DNA of 64,000 nucleotides. It comes from Torpedo marmorata (lineage: Eukaryota). Made by a program: the position numbers and the translations under genes. How positions within the stretch are numbered: the stretch's first letter is position 1; each line of letters opens with the position of its first letter. Below, piece by piece: positions 13,001 to 27,034 of this stretch. The stretch covers positions 67,084,001-67,148,000 of the forward strand of contig OZ360223.1 of the NCBI GenBank assembly GCA_977017645.1. Reading direction: 5' to 3'. The notes beneath the pieces are model-generated. The model searched no databases, had not been told where the DNA came from, and saw only the letters and a program-made list of their open reading frames with translations.

Positions 13001-14499
13001 ATTGTTTGATTAAAGAAACAACTGAACACATTGGCCACAATCTCCTTTCTCCCTTTCCCATTCTGAGCATTAGATAGTCTTCACCTTCTTTGAGCAATAC
13101 TTCCACCATGCAACATCTGCACACTCTGTGATGGTGCATTAAGTGCGAGCACAACTCCAGAGTAGGATCCTAAGACTAGGTACTGCCACCAACCCCTTGG
13201 AGCACAGCCTGTGACTTTGATTCAATAGGAAGAGAATGGAGTGCAGATTTAACTGAAATTCCTGAGCAAGATGGCACTGTTTCAGGGTTGTCAGTATAAA
13301 ACCTGGGAGCACATTGATCAGTGAAACAATCAAATCCAGGGCCTAATGAACTGTCTAGAATGCATCCAACTGATATTCTCTTCACTCAGAACAGCAAAAT
13401 ATGGCAGATTTCCAACCTTGAGTCCCCCATTAGTGAAAAGTGAGAGGGAAGCTTGTTCCGAGTCACCCTTCAGAGAAAGCCAGAAAGTAGGTATTGATCC
13501 GTACTTGGAGCCAGCTGACATGAGACCAGGTCTACTTCAAGTCATGATCATTTGGTACACTATGGTTCACCACTTAAAACCTTAGCCTTCATTTTGCACT
13601 TAGAGGGAGCACTAGGACTAATGTGACTGATGAAACTTAGCACCAGGGAAAGTATATATAGTATTATGAAGGAGGAGAGTGACTACTTTCAGATTGCAAT
13701 TAATGTGCAATAAATGAATCAGCATTTAACGTTCAAGCTGTGCTTTTTTATTCATGGAGGTGATATAAGAGGAGTGGATCTCATTTCATGCTGACATTTG
13801 TTCAGATCATTAATTATTGATAAAGTCAAATTGGGTCAAAATCCAATGATGTGTTTCCTTGTGGAAGGAGGATATCCCATTCTCAGTCATGCAGAAAAAT
13901 GCTCTTAAAGTAGCAGCCATCCTTGCCCCTTCTGTCTATCAGTTAGGAACTCAGATGAGTTGACACCTCGATCTTCTGCTCAATGAAATTCAGGATCATC
14001 TGGAGCTCGTGCCTCCTCCAGATGGTTGGTTGGCATACTGACAAGAGGGACAAGTAGAAAAAAAAGACTAATTGAACCAATAATGGCCAGGTTTGAAAAA
14101 CAAAGATCTGAAGTGAAGTGCTTTGAAGATAATGCCAATTTTCTTCATCGATGGTCCGCACAGTCAAATTCGTCAACAAATCTCACACAATTTGAATCTT
14201 GGAACCATGCTTCTTGCTCGTTGCTACATTTTCACCAGCTGATCAATGATCTGACAATTAACAGGCACCCCTTTTTTTGTTTCAAAAATGTAAATTTTCT
14301 TTAATATCCCAAACATGATCTCACCAAATAATGCAGAAAAGACCAAGATGACTAATCAATATGAGAAATAATTATGGTCAAAAATACATCCCTGAAGCTG
14401 CTTCATTTTGGCAACGCTTTGACTAAAAGGCTTTGTAATTGGTCAAAGTGGGCACCAAATGCTTCTTCCTTTCAATCAGATACAGTAAATGCTTCCTCC

Positions 14500-14880
14500 A
14501 TGTAATTGCTGACCTTGAATGTCTTTTGGTTAATTAATGCCTTGATTTTACAATTCTCATTCTTTTCAAATCCCTCCACGTTTATGATTTTTCTGGTCGT
14601 CCCTGTCAATCCTGCAACCTACAGGTATTTCCAATCCTTCAGTTCCATCCCTAAATTTAATCAATCCACCATTAATGGCTATGCCTTTGGCTGTCAAAGC
14701 TCCAATCAGTGGAATTTTCTTCCTAAACCATTCCACCTCTCTACCTATATTTCCTCCATGAAGACACATCTTAAAAATTTCTTTGTCCGAGCATTTGGTT
14801 GTCTGCTTATGAGACTCAATGCCAAATTTTGGTGATGGTGAGACTGTGAAAAGTCTCAAAATGTTTAATCATGTTAAATG
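14500..14880 (+). mobile_element. Old L2-type 3' remnant
   Basis: GGCTATGCCTTTGGCTGTCAAAGCTCC...TGGAATTTTCTTCCTAAACCA resembles the L2 C-terminal AFS...P.LWNSLP segment. Confidence 0.5.
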
Positions 14881-15414
14881 TTGTTATTGTTTGGCTTTAT
14901 TGGTGGCTATTTCCTTCGGCGCTGACATATTTTACAGTACATTTAATATTACCTTAAAAATATACATTCTATTTCTTATTGCAGGCTGTGTTTATGTACC
15001 TTCTTTTATTATCCACAGGATGGTGCTCTTCACACAGCATTTTTACTCATTCCATTTGAGAATATTCTTCACTCTGCAATGGAGCTGCTTCGGGCTGTTT
15101 GTGATCTTCATATTGACAGTAAAATTCTCCAGATGTCTTCCAATTATATAATGAATGTAAAGCTTAGCACAACGATTTTCCTTTCAAACTTCAGTAATAG
15201 AAGTACGAGAAACCAGAGCAGTGGTCCATTCTTAAAATCACATCATCATGGACTGGACTCGAGTTGTTGCCTCAGATAACTAAATGTTTTTTTTTAAGGT
15301 TTTCATTGAATTATTATTGTTTCATATAACCATGCATTAATTTTCAGTGCATGATTTTTTATCCATGATAAATCCACTTTTAGGATTTAGATTTGTGCTG
15401 AACATATTATACAT

Positions 15415-15657
15415 TTTTTTTTTAGACATACAGCATGGTAACAAGCCCTTCCGGCCCAAGAGTCCGTGCTGCCCAATTACATCCAATTGACCACCAAGCC
15501 CCGTACGTTTTGGTGGGAGGAAACCGGAGCACCCGGAAGAAACTCATGCAGACACGGGGAGAATGTACAAACTCCTTACAGACAGCGCCGGATTTGAACC
15601 CCGGTCGCTGGCGCTGTAACAGCGTTGCGCTAACCACTACGCTAACCGTGCCGCCCT
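15415..15657 (-). mobile_element. V-SINE (HE1-like)
   Basis: Reverse complement of the 9693 SINE family. Confidence 0.88.
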
Positions 15658-18491
15658 AAAATTGTTGATTATTTGTAACAAGGTACAAAATTGTACTGAA
15701 GGTGTAAATTTACATCTAAAACAGCTCATGAAGGTGATAAAACTGTAGATCCTAAAATGGCTTTCTTTGTCATTACTTTTTGACAACTGTAATGATGATA
15801 TTTTACAGCCTAGTTACGGCATGAGTCAAAAAGCATAATTTACAAGCATTCTTAGGAACATGAAAGATATGTGCGGTCATATAATTGAAATCTTCAATAA
15901 CCATTAAAATGTTAGCAGAAATTAATAGTGATTTTGCTTAGCATGGATGAGATAAACACAAGTATATGCTGGCTCTCTGGGGAGATTGACTCACATTTGA
16001 TAACTGAGCCTTCAATCATTGTGACAGTTTAACAATACTGAGCTTGTTTTGACTTTTCAATCATATTCTTTTTTCATGAACTCCTAGTTATATTTTATAT
16101 ATGTATTGAGATTTTACTTGGTGTGCAATGTTTGCCAATTGTGAATGCATAAACTTTCTAAAATAAAAGTAAAAGTGGAACTCAGGGATATACTGTCAGC
16201 AGTCTCATCTGAAGCCACTTGAGCAGATCTTAATTCTAAATCTAGCTCCAGGGGAAGCTCGTTCTTGGCATCCTCTACAACAATACCAGCTACTGTTCAA
16301 ATTTAAAACAAGGGAGAGCGTGATGTTCTGGGATTCACAGAAATTATTCTGTATGTAGTTTTGGGCATTTTTTATCTAGAATCGTAGTTTGCATATTTGT
16401 GGAATACATGGTGTGGAAGTTAAGGTAATGGGACATATTGTGGAAAATATAAAATTTTAAACAATATTTAATTGGGATTTGATTAAAAATGGAGAATATA
16501 AAGAAAGAAATCTAGAATTATATTTCAGGTAGTATGATTAATAATAAAAGGTCTATTGTTGTTTTTGGTGGAATATGCATTAGCCTGGCCTTCTTAGGTA
16601 AATACCATTTTATGGTCAAATCAGTGTGGGTTATGAGGTTACATTACATAGCCCAGACTTGTATTCTCTTGACTGGAAGGACTGCCAGTAAAATCCACCT
16701 TGACAAAGTCAAGGACTTTGTGTTGTGTGTTGAACAGTGCGAATAAATTATGCATGAAATTGCGCTGCTGTCTCTTGTGTGCAGAATTGCTCCTTTGATA
16801 TGAAAGGTTAATTCTGAAAGGAGTCAGAAATTGCTGGAAATTGCTGGGATAAGTAGGTAGTATTCTCTGCTATGAGCCGTTATTACCAGAAATTGCATTT
16901 CCTTTCAAAACTCTCCTGGGATTCAATTCAAGCGATGCATATAAACTGTATTCAATAGAGTGCTGTTTGTGAGTATGAAGAGTTCCTGTCCACAAGCTTG
17001 AGAAAAGTACCAGGAGTGTTGAACAAAACGTTCAAGTGACCATCCTGTGCATCGACTTGTCATGCCGTACAAATGCCTGCATTCAGTTGGAAACAATCAA
17101 GCAACAATTTTCCCCCCATGGGAACTATGCATCACTAAATTATCTTAATCTGTCCAACTTTTTTTAAACACGTGTAACTTCTTAATTGTAGAGGTCAATA
17201 ACCACGTTTCAGATTCCTGTTTTTTTTTAAAGCTGCATTTATACAAAAATACATTATCTCCGCCAGTCTCGTAATGAAGCAAAAGGATTAATTTTACAAT
17301 TTGTATTTTGCTTTAGCCTCAGAAATTGAGAATAATTGAGGCGGCAAGTGCATATGTGTTAACAAGCTTCAACTGTATGTATTTGCCTTCAATCAACTCT
17401 CTTATCCATGTAAATGATGAAGTTTTCTCGCTTGTGATTTTTCATTGTCCTGGACAATCGATGTAAAAACAAACCACAATTGTATTAATCACCTTGTTAT
17501 ATACTGAAAATGACCCTGTAATGGCATAATATGGTTCATAACATTGTGCAGAATCTGGTCACATTATTATGACAATGTCCTTTGGAAGTGAAATATCATA
17601 CCTCTAAATAAATTGCCAATGTTTTGAAAAGCAGCCTTTAAAAACGAAATGCAATTGCCTCATCTCCAAAAGAAGAGCAGACTTTGATGCTGCTGCTCTG
17701 ATCATTGTTGTTACCTATCCAGACTCTTTAAAAGCTGAACATGTGCAGGCAGAATGGAAAGTTTGCAATGTTTCCCTGAGCCAGCCAACATCCAGGCATT
17801 GTATTGCCAGGACTGGCCCAAATTCATCAACCTCCCAGATGCCCATTTAAATATTGGAAAGCCAAGGCAAATGACTACATTTCCAACAGAAAACCAGAGC
17901 CAAATATATTAGCCCTCAATGGTTTTAGAAGAGCAACGTTCCAAATGATATCAGACAGAAGGTTCAATTAGATAGCGAGTTCATTATGATTGCCCCATTC
18001 AGCCTTATCTCAACCTATCAACTTCAATAGAAACCAATCATTATAGCCACGTAACTTATGAAGAGGGACAAAGAATAAAAAAGGATTCACTGTTCTCACA
18101 AGATACTTTCATTACTTGTCTATTTTGGAATGTACTTGGTATTTAAGTTACACATTAGCTAGGTACAAGTGACTGCTGTAATATTTGCTATTTTCCTCCT
18201 TCCCTTCATCCAAATCTTCTACATTTAGAGGAAGACAAATACTGTAACAGCAAGTTGTTTCTTAACACTTCTGATATGGTGTATTTTGGTACAAATAACA
18301 GGTAGGGTACTAAACCATCCTACTTGTCTTAATTTCAGAAATGAACATTTCTAATGCTCAGTTATCTAAACCAGTTTGTGTATTCCTGAAATTTTGCTTT
18401 TCAAACTCTGACCCCCATCCCCTAACCCCTCTTCCCCTCTTTTCAAATGTAAAGACTTTAAGGCTTCCTGAAATCATGTAACAACCTGAGA

Positions 18492-18948
18492 AGTTGCCCG
18501 GACTTCAGGAACTGAGTTACAGGGAAAGATTAAACAGATTAAGAGTTTATTCCCTAGAGCGTAGAAGAATGAGGGGAGATTTGATAGAGGGATACAAAAT
18601 TATGAGGGGTATAGATATAGTAAATGCAAGTAGGCTTTTTCCACTGAGGTTAAGTGAGAAACAACCCAGAGGACATGGATTAAGGGTGAAAGGAGAAAAG
18701 TTTAGGGGGAAAATTAGGGGGAACTTCTTCACACAGAGAGTAGTGGGAGTATGGAATGAGCTGCCAGCTGAAGTAGTGAATGCGGGCTCAATTTTCACAC
18801 AAGAAAAATTTGGACAGGTACATGGATGGGAGGGGTATGGAGGGCTATGGACTGGGTGCAGGTCAGTGGTACTAGGCAGAATAATAGTTCAGCACAGATT
18901 AGAAGGGCTGAATGGCCTGTTTTCTGTGCTGTAAAGTTCTATGGTTCT
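18492..18948 (+). mobile_element. CR1 LINE 3' fragment
   Basis: LSYRERLNRL...SLERRRMRGDLIE.YKIMRG...FFTQRVVGVWNELP; ends TTCTATGGTTCTA. Confidence 0.92.
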
Positions 18949-18981
18949 AAGTAGCAGGGGCTACAAGTCTCTGGTGGATCA

Positions 18982-19410
18982 AAATCAGAAATGCTGGAAG
19001 AACTCAGCTTGTCAAACAGCACCCATGGAAAGTCAAACCAGTCGATGGTTGTGTTGGTGATCCCTCCTCGGATCTCTTTCCACAGATACGATTTGACTGG
19101 TCAAGTTTTTAAATTTAGAGATACAGCACGGTAAGAGGCCCTTCCGGCCCATGAACCCAAATACACCCATGTGACCAATTAACCTACTAACCTTGTACAT
19201 CTTTGGAATGTGGGAGGAAACCAGAGCACCCGGAGGAAACCCACGCAGACATGTGGAGAACGTACAAACTCCTTACAGATAGCGACAATTTGACCTCGGG
19301 TCACTGGTGCTGTAATAGCGTTGCACTAACCATTACACTAATCGTGCTGCCCTTCTGGCTTTTCTGATTCTGTTTCAGATTCCAGTTTCTGCACTTTTAT
19401 TTGTTTTCTG
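18982..19410. mobile_element. Degenerate head-to-head Penelope tail interrupted by a V-SINE
   Basis: AAATGCTGGAAGAACTCAGC (inverted arm) is followed by TTTCCACAGATACGATTTGACTGG and, after the SINE, by TTTCAGATTCCAGTTTCTGCA. Confidence 0.5.
19106..19352 (-). mobile_element. V-SINE (HE1-like)
   Basis: Reverse V-domain GGGAGGAAACCAGAGCACCCGGAGGAAACCCACGCAGACA. Confidence 0.88.
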
Positions 19411-22400
19411 TTTCTATGATGAATCAGTGCTCCAGCCATTATTGGGCACTCAGTTGCTGTAATGATGGCAGTGATGGCGAATCTTCCTGTTATGGATATG
19501 CAGATAACAGAGATACGAGGATGTTGTCATCTCTCACCCAGAGAAACATTCCACAGCTTTTGAATGTGCTACCCTGAGCAAATTAACACGCTGCCTTCCA
19601 TCCAAATTTGACAGTAACATTCGAGACACGTTCCTTCTCAGGAGAACTGAACTGGACCCGTCATTGTTACTGAGCCCAAGAATAGGAAAGAATGATCATC
19701 CAAAACTAATACCAAACACTGTATGGGCAAGAGCAAATTCGCCAAAATTCTTTTCAACCTAGAGTTAACTCATTAATAGGACATTGACAGATATCAATTT
19801 CCAACATGATTTACATTAGAAGTGATCACACAATAAAATCCAGCAACACCACAACTAAGGCAGGTCTGCATCCAAAGAATACAACTTATTGGGAAAGATT
19901 TCTCCTTTTCCATTCCTTTAATTGAAATCCAAGTGGCACTTGGTTGCCCCAGTATCACCAACCCTAGTGATAGAAATCTAACAAATGTGTATTCTTTTCA
20001 GAGAAGCAGAGCTAACAAATAGCCAGACCATTCATAAAGGAACAGAAAACTAAAAACTAAATTGCATCATCCTTGTTCACCTTTTTTCTGGGTGATAAAT
20101 TTCATTCTATCTCTAAAGTTGCCTCAGAGGGAAATTTTTTGTCCATCTGAAAGCGAATGATGAAACGAAGTTAAAGATGGCATAATTATCAATGAGTTGT
20201 GTATTTTCCCCATGTAAAATCTAACCTATGTTCTGTGGTTGGTATTTTATAGCTTAATTTTAAATAGATGTCCAATTCAACACTTTCATGAATATCTTGA
20301 ACTACAATGGAAAATTAAGATATGGCGTGTTAACTGGAATTGATTTGAGTAGATTAAATGCATTAAATATAAAACATTATTGCTCTGGGTGTGGCATGGT
20401 GCACAGTCTTCCTGCTCTAATCTGCTTTGCCCACGAATTACATTTGAAGGTGGCACAATGAGAGCTAGAATTTGTTATAGGAGCAACAGTGAGGTGAGGA
20501 TCACTCACCATTACTTACAGGCAACTTTGAGGGAGGGCGAGCGTGTAGTTAAATGTACTTCCTTGGCGTTCTGCTCCTCCATAAACGGCACATGGGCAGC
20601 TCTTACCATGTGGCTTGATATTCAGAGGATGGTTTGAGCTTCCTATACATTTGTGGTGATGCAGACTAACTGCACAGAATGGTCATTTATAATGGTAATT
20701 TTAATGCTTGCACCTTCCTCAATGTGATGTCTTCATTTCTACCAAATAATCGCTCTGACACAAAAATGAATGTGGAATCTAGTTCAGAGTTTTCATTGAT
20801 AGTGATTAACACTTTCTTTCATTCTTTTGCCCCTGTCTCTTAATCCAGTTATTTATTTCTCATTATTTTTTATTCTGTACCTGATCTGACATTCAGTACT
20901 CTCTTGTAACTTACTGTTCAGACTCTGAGCCGTTGATTCATGATTCTTCAGTTGAATTGATTGACCAGATGCATGGTTGCCATTGCATTCCTCTCTTGTT
21001 TCTTCTCCTACCCTTTCCTCCTCTTCCCCTCCTCCCCACTATTACCACGGGCTGCATACCCAGGAGAAGATATTGTGCCATTTCAATCTTTCAACCAGAA
21101 CATCAGTTCTTTTTTTGCATAAATACTCATTGACCTAAAAGAGCATTTCCAGCATTTTGTTTCGGTTTTAATACTGAAATATTTACATGACATTAAAAGC
21201 TAATAGTGATAATTTAAAATGGAGACCATTAATTCACTAAAATGTCAAAGCAAGTCTCATTTAAATAGATATTTTTTGATGGATTAGGAACTAATTAAGA
21301 TAAGGGTTCTCTTTATTTGGATCAATGGTTCCAAGTTTGTTTGCTGTTTTTAAGTGTCTGCTTGGGGAAGGAATAATGCAGCAGGATTTACAGGTTGATG
21401 AGACTGGAACCACAGCAGCCAGGTTTGATCCTCAAGACCGTGTTCTAACTTGCAATATTTGCTTGAATTTTCCTGCAATCCACTTATTGACTCCTTACAT
21501 TTGTACAAATATAAAAAAAAACATTTGATCATCTTGCCTGCAGAATTTTGCTGTTACTCTTGTCCCTAGCTATTTCCTCACCCTCTGATCTTAGTCCATG
21601 TTTTAGGATTTCAGAAGGGCTTGATCATAATTACGTAACAATGTCAAAGGGGTCCAACTGAAAGGGGTCAATAAGGTAAATGAAAAATCAAGATTGACTC
21701 CATTGTGTTACTCCTACCACCTATACAATGATTGCACTGAACCATCTGGATGCAAGGTACAACCCCTGGGTGTCAGAGATTTCACATTTTGTCCATGTAT
21801 TCTGTCAATTAGCACTGGATACCCAATTGTTTCTGTTTGATCAGCCTTATTTTTTTAAATCATTTCCTAGTGATGTGACTGAAACTAAATAATATTTAGC
21901 ATACATGCCTAGAAAACTATTAATCTGAAATGCATATAGCCTTTTATTATGGAACTTCAACTTTAACCAAAGATTTAATATCAGTTAAGTGCAGTCGTTA
22001 TTCTTTGCTCTTCTCTTTCTATAATAACACAAGTAACAAGTTTACTGCTACACAGAGCAGTGACACGGTGGGGGAGGGCACAACACAAGAGGGAGGGGCA
22101 GTGATATACGTTTGTTGACATCCATAACAGATTTGATTAGAAGGAGAATCCTTCCTTGAGGTGAACAGTTCCTCGTCTAACAAATATAGATCTCAAAATG
22201 AGTTCACCTAAATCTTGAACATAATCCCAAGGGTAAAAACTGCCAATTATCAGAACAATTTCTCCTCCAATCGCAAGGTAAGAGGGTTTCTCCCCTTGGG
22301 GGTTTAAGTGCTGGTCACAGATTTCTTTTGCAAAGTTAATGGGAAGAGAAGCATTTTCAGTGTTGGCCACATCAGAAGGAAGGCTGTTTAAAGCAGTGAA

Positions 22401-22660
22401 AAGGAAAAGCATTCACACAAGCCATGTTAGGAGGAGGAAATGGTTGGGTTTGGCTGTAACAGCTGAACTCTCATCATTCATGTTAGGGAGGAGAAAATAT
22501 CTTGTACTAAGAACAACAAGGAAATGCAAAGATTCATAAGAACTGCTAGATGATAGCTAGAAAACGTTACAAAGAAAATATTTTCAGCATTCCATAACAT
22601 AATTGGCTGGAAGTGTGTACACAAGTACGAGAAACAGTATTCAAAGCAAGTGCACAAACA

Positions 22661-22795
22661 TCCCTGATGAAGGGCTCAGGCCCGAAATGCTGACTGCCTA
22701 TTACTTTCCATGGATGCTGCATGACCTGCTGAGATCCGCTAGCACTTTTGTATATTGTTCCCATTCTCCAGCATCCACAGACTTCTTGTTTAACC
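22661..22795 (+). mobile_element. Short Penelope-type insertion beginning at a minimal hammerhead core
   Basis: CTGATGA-A-GGGC-TCAG-GCCC-GAAA at 22664-22687; 10-bp TSD TGCACAAACA at 22651-22660 and 22796-22805. Confidence 0.8.
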
Positions 22796-24159
22796 TGCAC
22801 AAACAATTTTTCCACCTTTCATGAGACGTGATGAGTCAATGAAGAAGATGCCAGGTTTGAAACTTTTATGGGCAAGTCATAGGCTAGGAGAAAAAAAGTA
22901 TTCTCGTGCAAAGATTTAACCCAGTTTATTTCCATTCCAGTGAACGGTCATCCAAACCTACAAAGTTAGATCATTGCATACTAAAAGAATCCTTTGACTG
23001 TCCTCAATAATTAGTTTCTGTTATATTGTACTTTAATTTCAGGAAACTATTATGAGTCCACATTTTTGAGCACCAAAGGGTATGTCAGTTTGTTATTCAA
23101 TCTAATCAGGTTTGATGGACTATTCCAATGAAAAACAGAAACTTAACACAGCCCATCAATGCTCCTTCTCAAAACAGCTGGTCAGAATGTAGAAACACCA
23201 ATACAAAAGCTCCATTTTGAGAACATTTTTCTCTTTGAAGACAGGATTGCACACTGGATTGATTAAACTGAACATATAGCAACAATGCAGCTTTGCTTCT
23301 AACAATGCAGACTCCCAAAACTATGATAATTGCCGATCCCACAACCCATGGCCCAGATTTTAAGATGTACAGTTCACTTGTGGAAAGTCAATTATAATCT
23401 TTAAAAGAGACATAGGACCAGCCCTTGGGAGTTAATCTGTAAGAGAATTAGGTGTAACATTTCATGACCACTAATTGTTGTCCTGATTCCATCTTCAGGG
23501 TCAAAGATATTTGCATGGATGAGGCAGATGTCTCTGTAAGTATATTCAGCGTTACTCTCATAGCACGAGAGCAAAAGCTGACATTTTTGTGCTCATTTTA
23601 AAATAAGACACAAATTCAAATTATACTGACTCAGAGACAAGAGAATTGAGATCCCAGATCTTGTAGCAGATACTAATCTGTCAGTATCAAATCTGCAACA
23701 TTTTTCAATACATATTGAACTGGTATGCTGGTGCCCCAAGCAGATGAGAATCTCCCATGTAGCTAGTGTTGATTATGCTGTACAATCCCTTTACTATATT
23801 TGCATGGACCAGCCCCAAATGAACTAGTAACAGAATGTTGTTGCCCAGTTTACTGTCTCAGTTTTTGGCTTGAGTTTGAGCTCATTGCACTAAACACAAA
23901 AGGATCAGTCAGGGGGTATGGGGAGAGAGTTGTAAAAATGGTATTGATAAAGAAGATCAGTCAAGGTAATATTGAAGGGTAAAATGGCCATAATATCCTC
24001 CTGTATTCTATTTCTAAAAGAACTGAATAAAGTATGCCTTTGCTTGTTTGAAACGTCTAGGCTGTAACAAATTGTTTATACGCTACGATGTTTGGTATAT
24101 CTGTGTTATCTTTGTGACACTGGAAAGGAATGACAGAGGGTCCAAATACTGCATTACAG

Positions 24160-24320
24160 AAAAGGGAAAAATGTTAGAAATAGGAGCAAATAATACTGGA
24201 AATACACAGTAGATCAAGCACGAGGCTCTCCCCACAGACACTACTTAATCTGCTCAATATCTCTAGTGTATATTTGTTTATATTTCAGATTCCCAACATT
24301 TGCAGTTGTTTTTGTTTTTG
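24160..24320. mobile_element. Old palindromic Penelope-tail remnant
   Basis: AATACTGGAAATACACAGTAGATCAAGC mirrored by ACTTAATCTGCTCAATATCTCTAGTGT, then TTTCAGATTCCCAACATTTGCAG. Confidence 0.45.
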
Positions 24321-25599
24321 GAAGGAAATATTGGATTGATAATATCAGTAAGTCGCTTTCTGTAACTCTATTGGAAAAGCAATATTGCTTTGGAAGGATT
24401 CATTTTCATTTGTCTACTCTGACAGTAAGTAATTCAAGAAATTGCAATAAAATGTTGTTCATAAAGTACTCTTCAAACTTCTATATCCAATACAGTATTT
24501 GCAACACTGACTTTATCTCAACAAAAACTTTCTGAATTAATTTTGTTCTCTTTAATATATCCCCTTCATGAATAAATTGTAAACATAATATGGAACACAG
24601 CTAATGTTTACAATCCATTGTAAGTTTTAAAATTTCATCACAAATAATTTAGAGACTACATTTTTGCCGATCTGTGATGTTTGCGAATTATTATTAAATC
24701 AGCTTTTCTTTAAAGTAACCTTGTTCTGGCTGACTGACTTGAGGCACAGAAGCTGAATATTTATGATTTACAGCAATAATGCTTTAAGTAATCACTACAG
24801 AATCAAATGTGTTGAAGTAGCAATTTTTCAGTGTTTGTTTGCTACAAATATGAACACTGCTGACCTTTACATTCAACCAAAAATTCTACATCTCTTTCTA
24901 AAGCTTTGTTGTTATTTATCAATAATCTTCCAAAGTATTGCCATGGTTTGTATCTTTTCCTGTAATTATTTTTCAAACACTAACATGAACAATGAGGCAC
25001 TTAAAAGTGTGGAGCACTACTGTGATCTTGGCACAATATTATTAGCTCAGTAAGTTTCTGTACCTTTTGGCAAGTGTACTTTAAATGGCTGGAATAATAA
25101 TCTGTGCACAAGACATCGTACATCATGATTGTGGATCATTAGTACCTTACTTTATGCCGGCAATAATGGGGTTTTCTAATGAGAACCCATTGTACAGCTT
25201 TAATCCTCCTAAGATAGTGAAGATGGATGCATGCATCTTGAAACAAATGCATCACCAGCAGCCAAGTCCTCAAACAATAGCTTTGCAATTTTCAAAATAT
25301 TTGGGGAAACCGATGAATGTTAGTACTCCATTCGTTTCTGCACAGAATTAATGAGTGAGAAAGGAGTGGAACAGAGAGTTAGAACATTGCTTTTTCATCT
25401 TTGGAATTTGATCCCAAGTTACAGTGACAGTTTCCAAACTGGCACCAAATGAAACTAATTCAGGTAAGCTTGGTGCATGTCCATGTTGCTGAAAAATCTC
25501 CATCAGTGTAATACTTGTTTGGAATGCTTGAAGGCCAAACTCAAAGGAGTTAAGTGGGCTTTTAAACATCTTGGTTTATCTTGTATTCTAAGTGATTGC

Positions 25600-25695
25600 C
25601 ATGCAAACCCACACAGACACGGGGAGAATGTACTAACTCCTTACAGACAGCGCCAGATTAGAACCCCGCGTCGCTGTCACTGTAACAGCGTTGAT
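25600..25695 (-). mobile_element. Partial V-SINE
   Basis: AAACCCACACAGACACGGGGAGAATGTACTAACTCCTTACAGACAGCGCC. Confidence 0.75.
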
Positions 25696-27034
25696 TATTG
25701 ATAAACTCTCAATAGAATTGTGTAAAAATTAGCTTGTAGGTCATAGATATAAGGATAAATTTTTATTCCATTGCAAGACCATCACTTTGGTTAATGTCCC
25801 TATTTTCTGAAGGCCCCATAGTGTGCACTCAAACTGGAAGCCAGTGAAACCATTGACTCACAAGCAATGACCCTTTCTTTATTCAAGATTGCAGTATTAT
25901 GTGCAGTGGGGGTCTCACTGCTCATCTGGCCTTATTAAGAACAACTATTTATAATAGGCTGATAACTTTGTTAAAGTGGCATAAAAATATGATATAAGCA
26001 TATGCATTAAAACTAGAGTACTCCAGAATTCAACCCAAGAGAGAGGAGAAAGAAGCTTTTTAATGGAAGCTGTACCTTAAACACAGCGTTTACTTGTTAA
26101 TGGTTAATTAACAGAACAGCTGTCCTGCTGAGAATTATAATCCCTTGCAATAATCTGGGTAAATGCACTGTGTCATTAAAAGTTTCTGTTGGTGATATTG
26201 GCTGACAAATGCTTTAAAGTGTTCAGGTAACATTCCTTTGTCTGCATTTTAGTGGAGATATTAACCAATTAAAAATAAATGGCATAATGACCTATGTTAA
26301 AATAGTGGAGAAACAAATGTCACGTGAATGCATTAAGCATCCGTGCATTAATATTGTCAACAGTAATTTCCAGGCTAGTCTCTCCTTTCAGATACTGGTG
26401 AAGAGGACTCTTTTCTGTTCAGACGAGATGGTTATTATTCTGTGGATTCAGCTCCTTTACGACCCTCAAAGGGCAATGAATCTTTAAAGATCTATTTGAA
26501 GAGTTGTCAACTTTTAATTAAAAGCCACATTATTGTAATTAGTTGTCTGGATCTCAAAAGTAATTAAAAATAATAGCTGATCTCAATTGTGCCAGATTGT
26601 ATTTACTTTTCTTTACCTTTGTCCCTGCTCATTCGCAATATCACTTCTTACCATGTTTTTTGTCAATGAAACAAAAGTTATTCTTGCAGTTTAAAAAAAC
26701 ACATACATTCCCCAGCTTTACAATGGAGAAATGCTTCCATTCCCAATTTGTTTTTCTAATGGAGAGAATAAAATCTACAAAATCTAAAATGGTTGTATTT
26801 TGGTGAACCATTACCTTAAGAACTATCACCCCATGTTCACTCATCAACCTGAAGTCATACAGCAGAGAATCGTGCAGCACAGAAACAGGCCCTTCAGCCC
26901 CCCGTGTCCATGCTAACCTTTTTTGACCATCAACGCTAATCCTACTTGCCTGCATTAGGACACTTTCCTTCTGTGCCTTGCTCATTTAAGTATCTGTCCA
27001 AATGTTTCTTAAACATCATAATTCCATCTGATTA

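Noticed and set aside
13140-13620. Possible old LTR (TATAAAA at 13295)
   Set aside because: No TG...CA ends, TSD, PBS or second copy was identifiable.
15019-15279. Good acceptor followed by an open frame of ~86 codons
   Set aside because: No recognisable protein similarity and no clear donor site.
20381-20455. ALGVA...FAHELHLK resembling an upstream SDR exon
   Set aside because: It needs frameshifts, has the wrong spacing, lacks the TGxxxGIG motif and a matching-phase donor, and is 43 kb from the SDR exon; probably chance.
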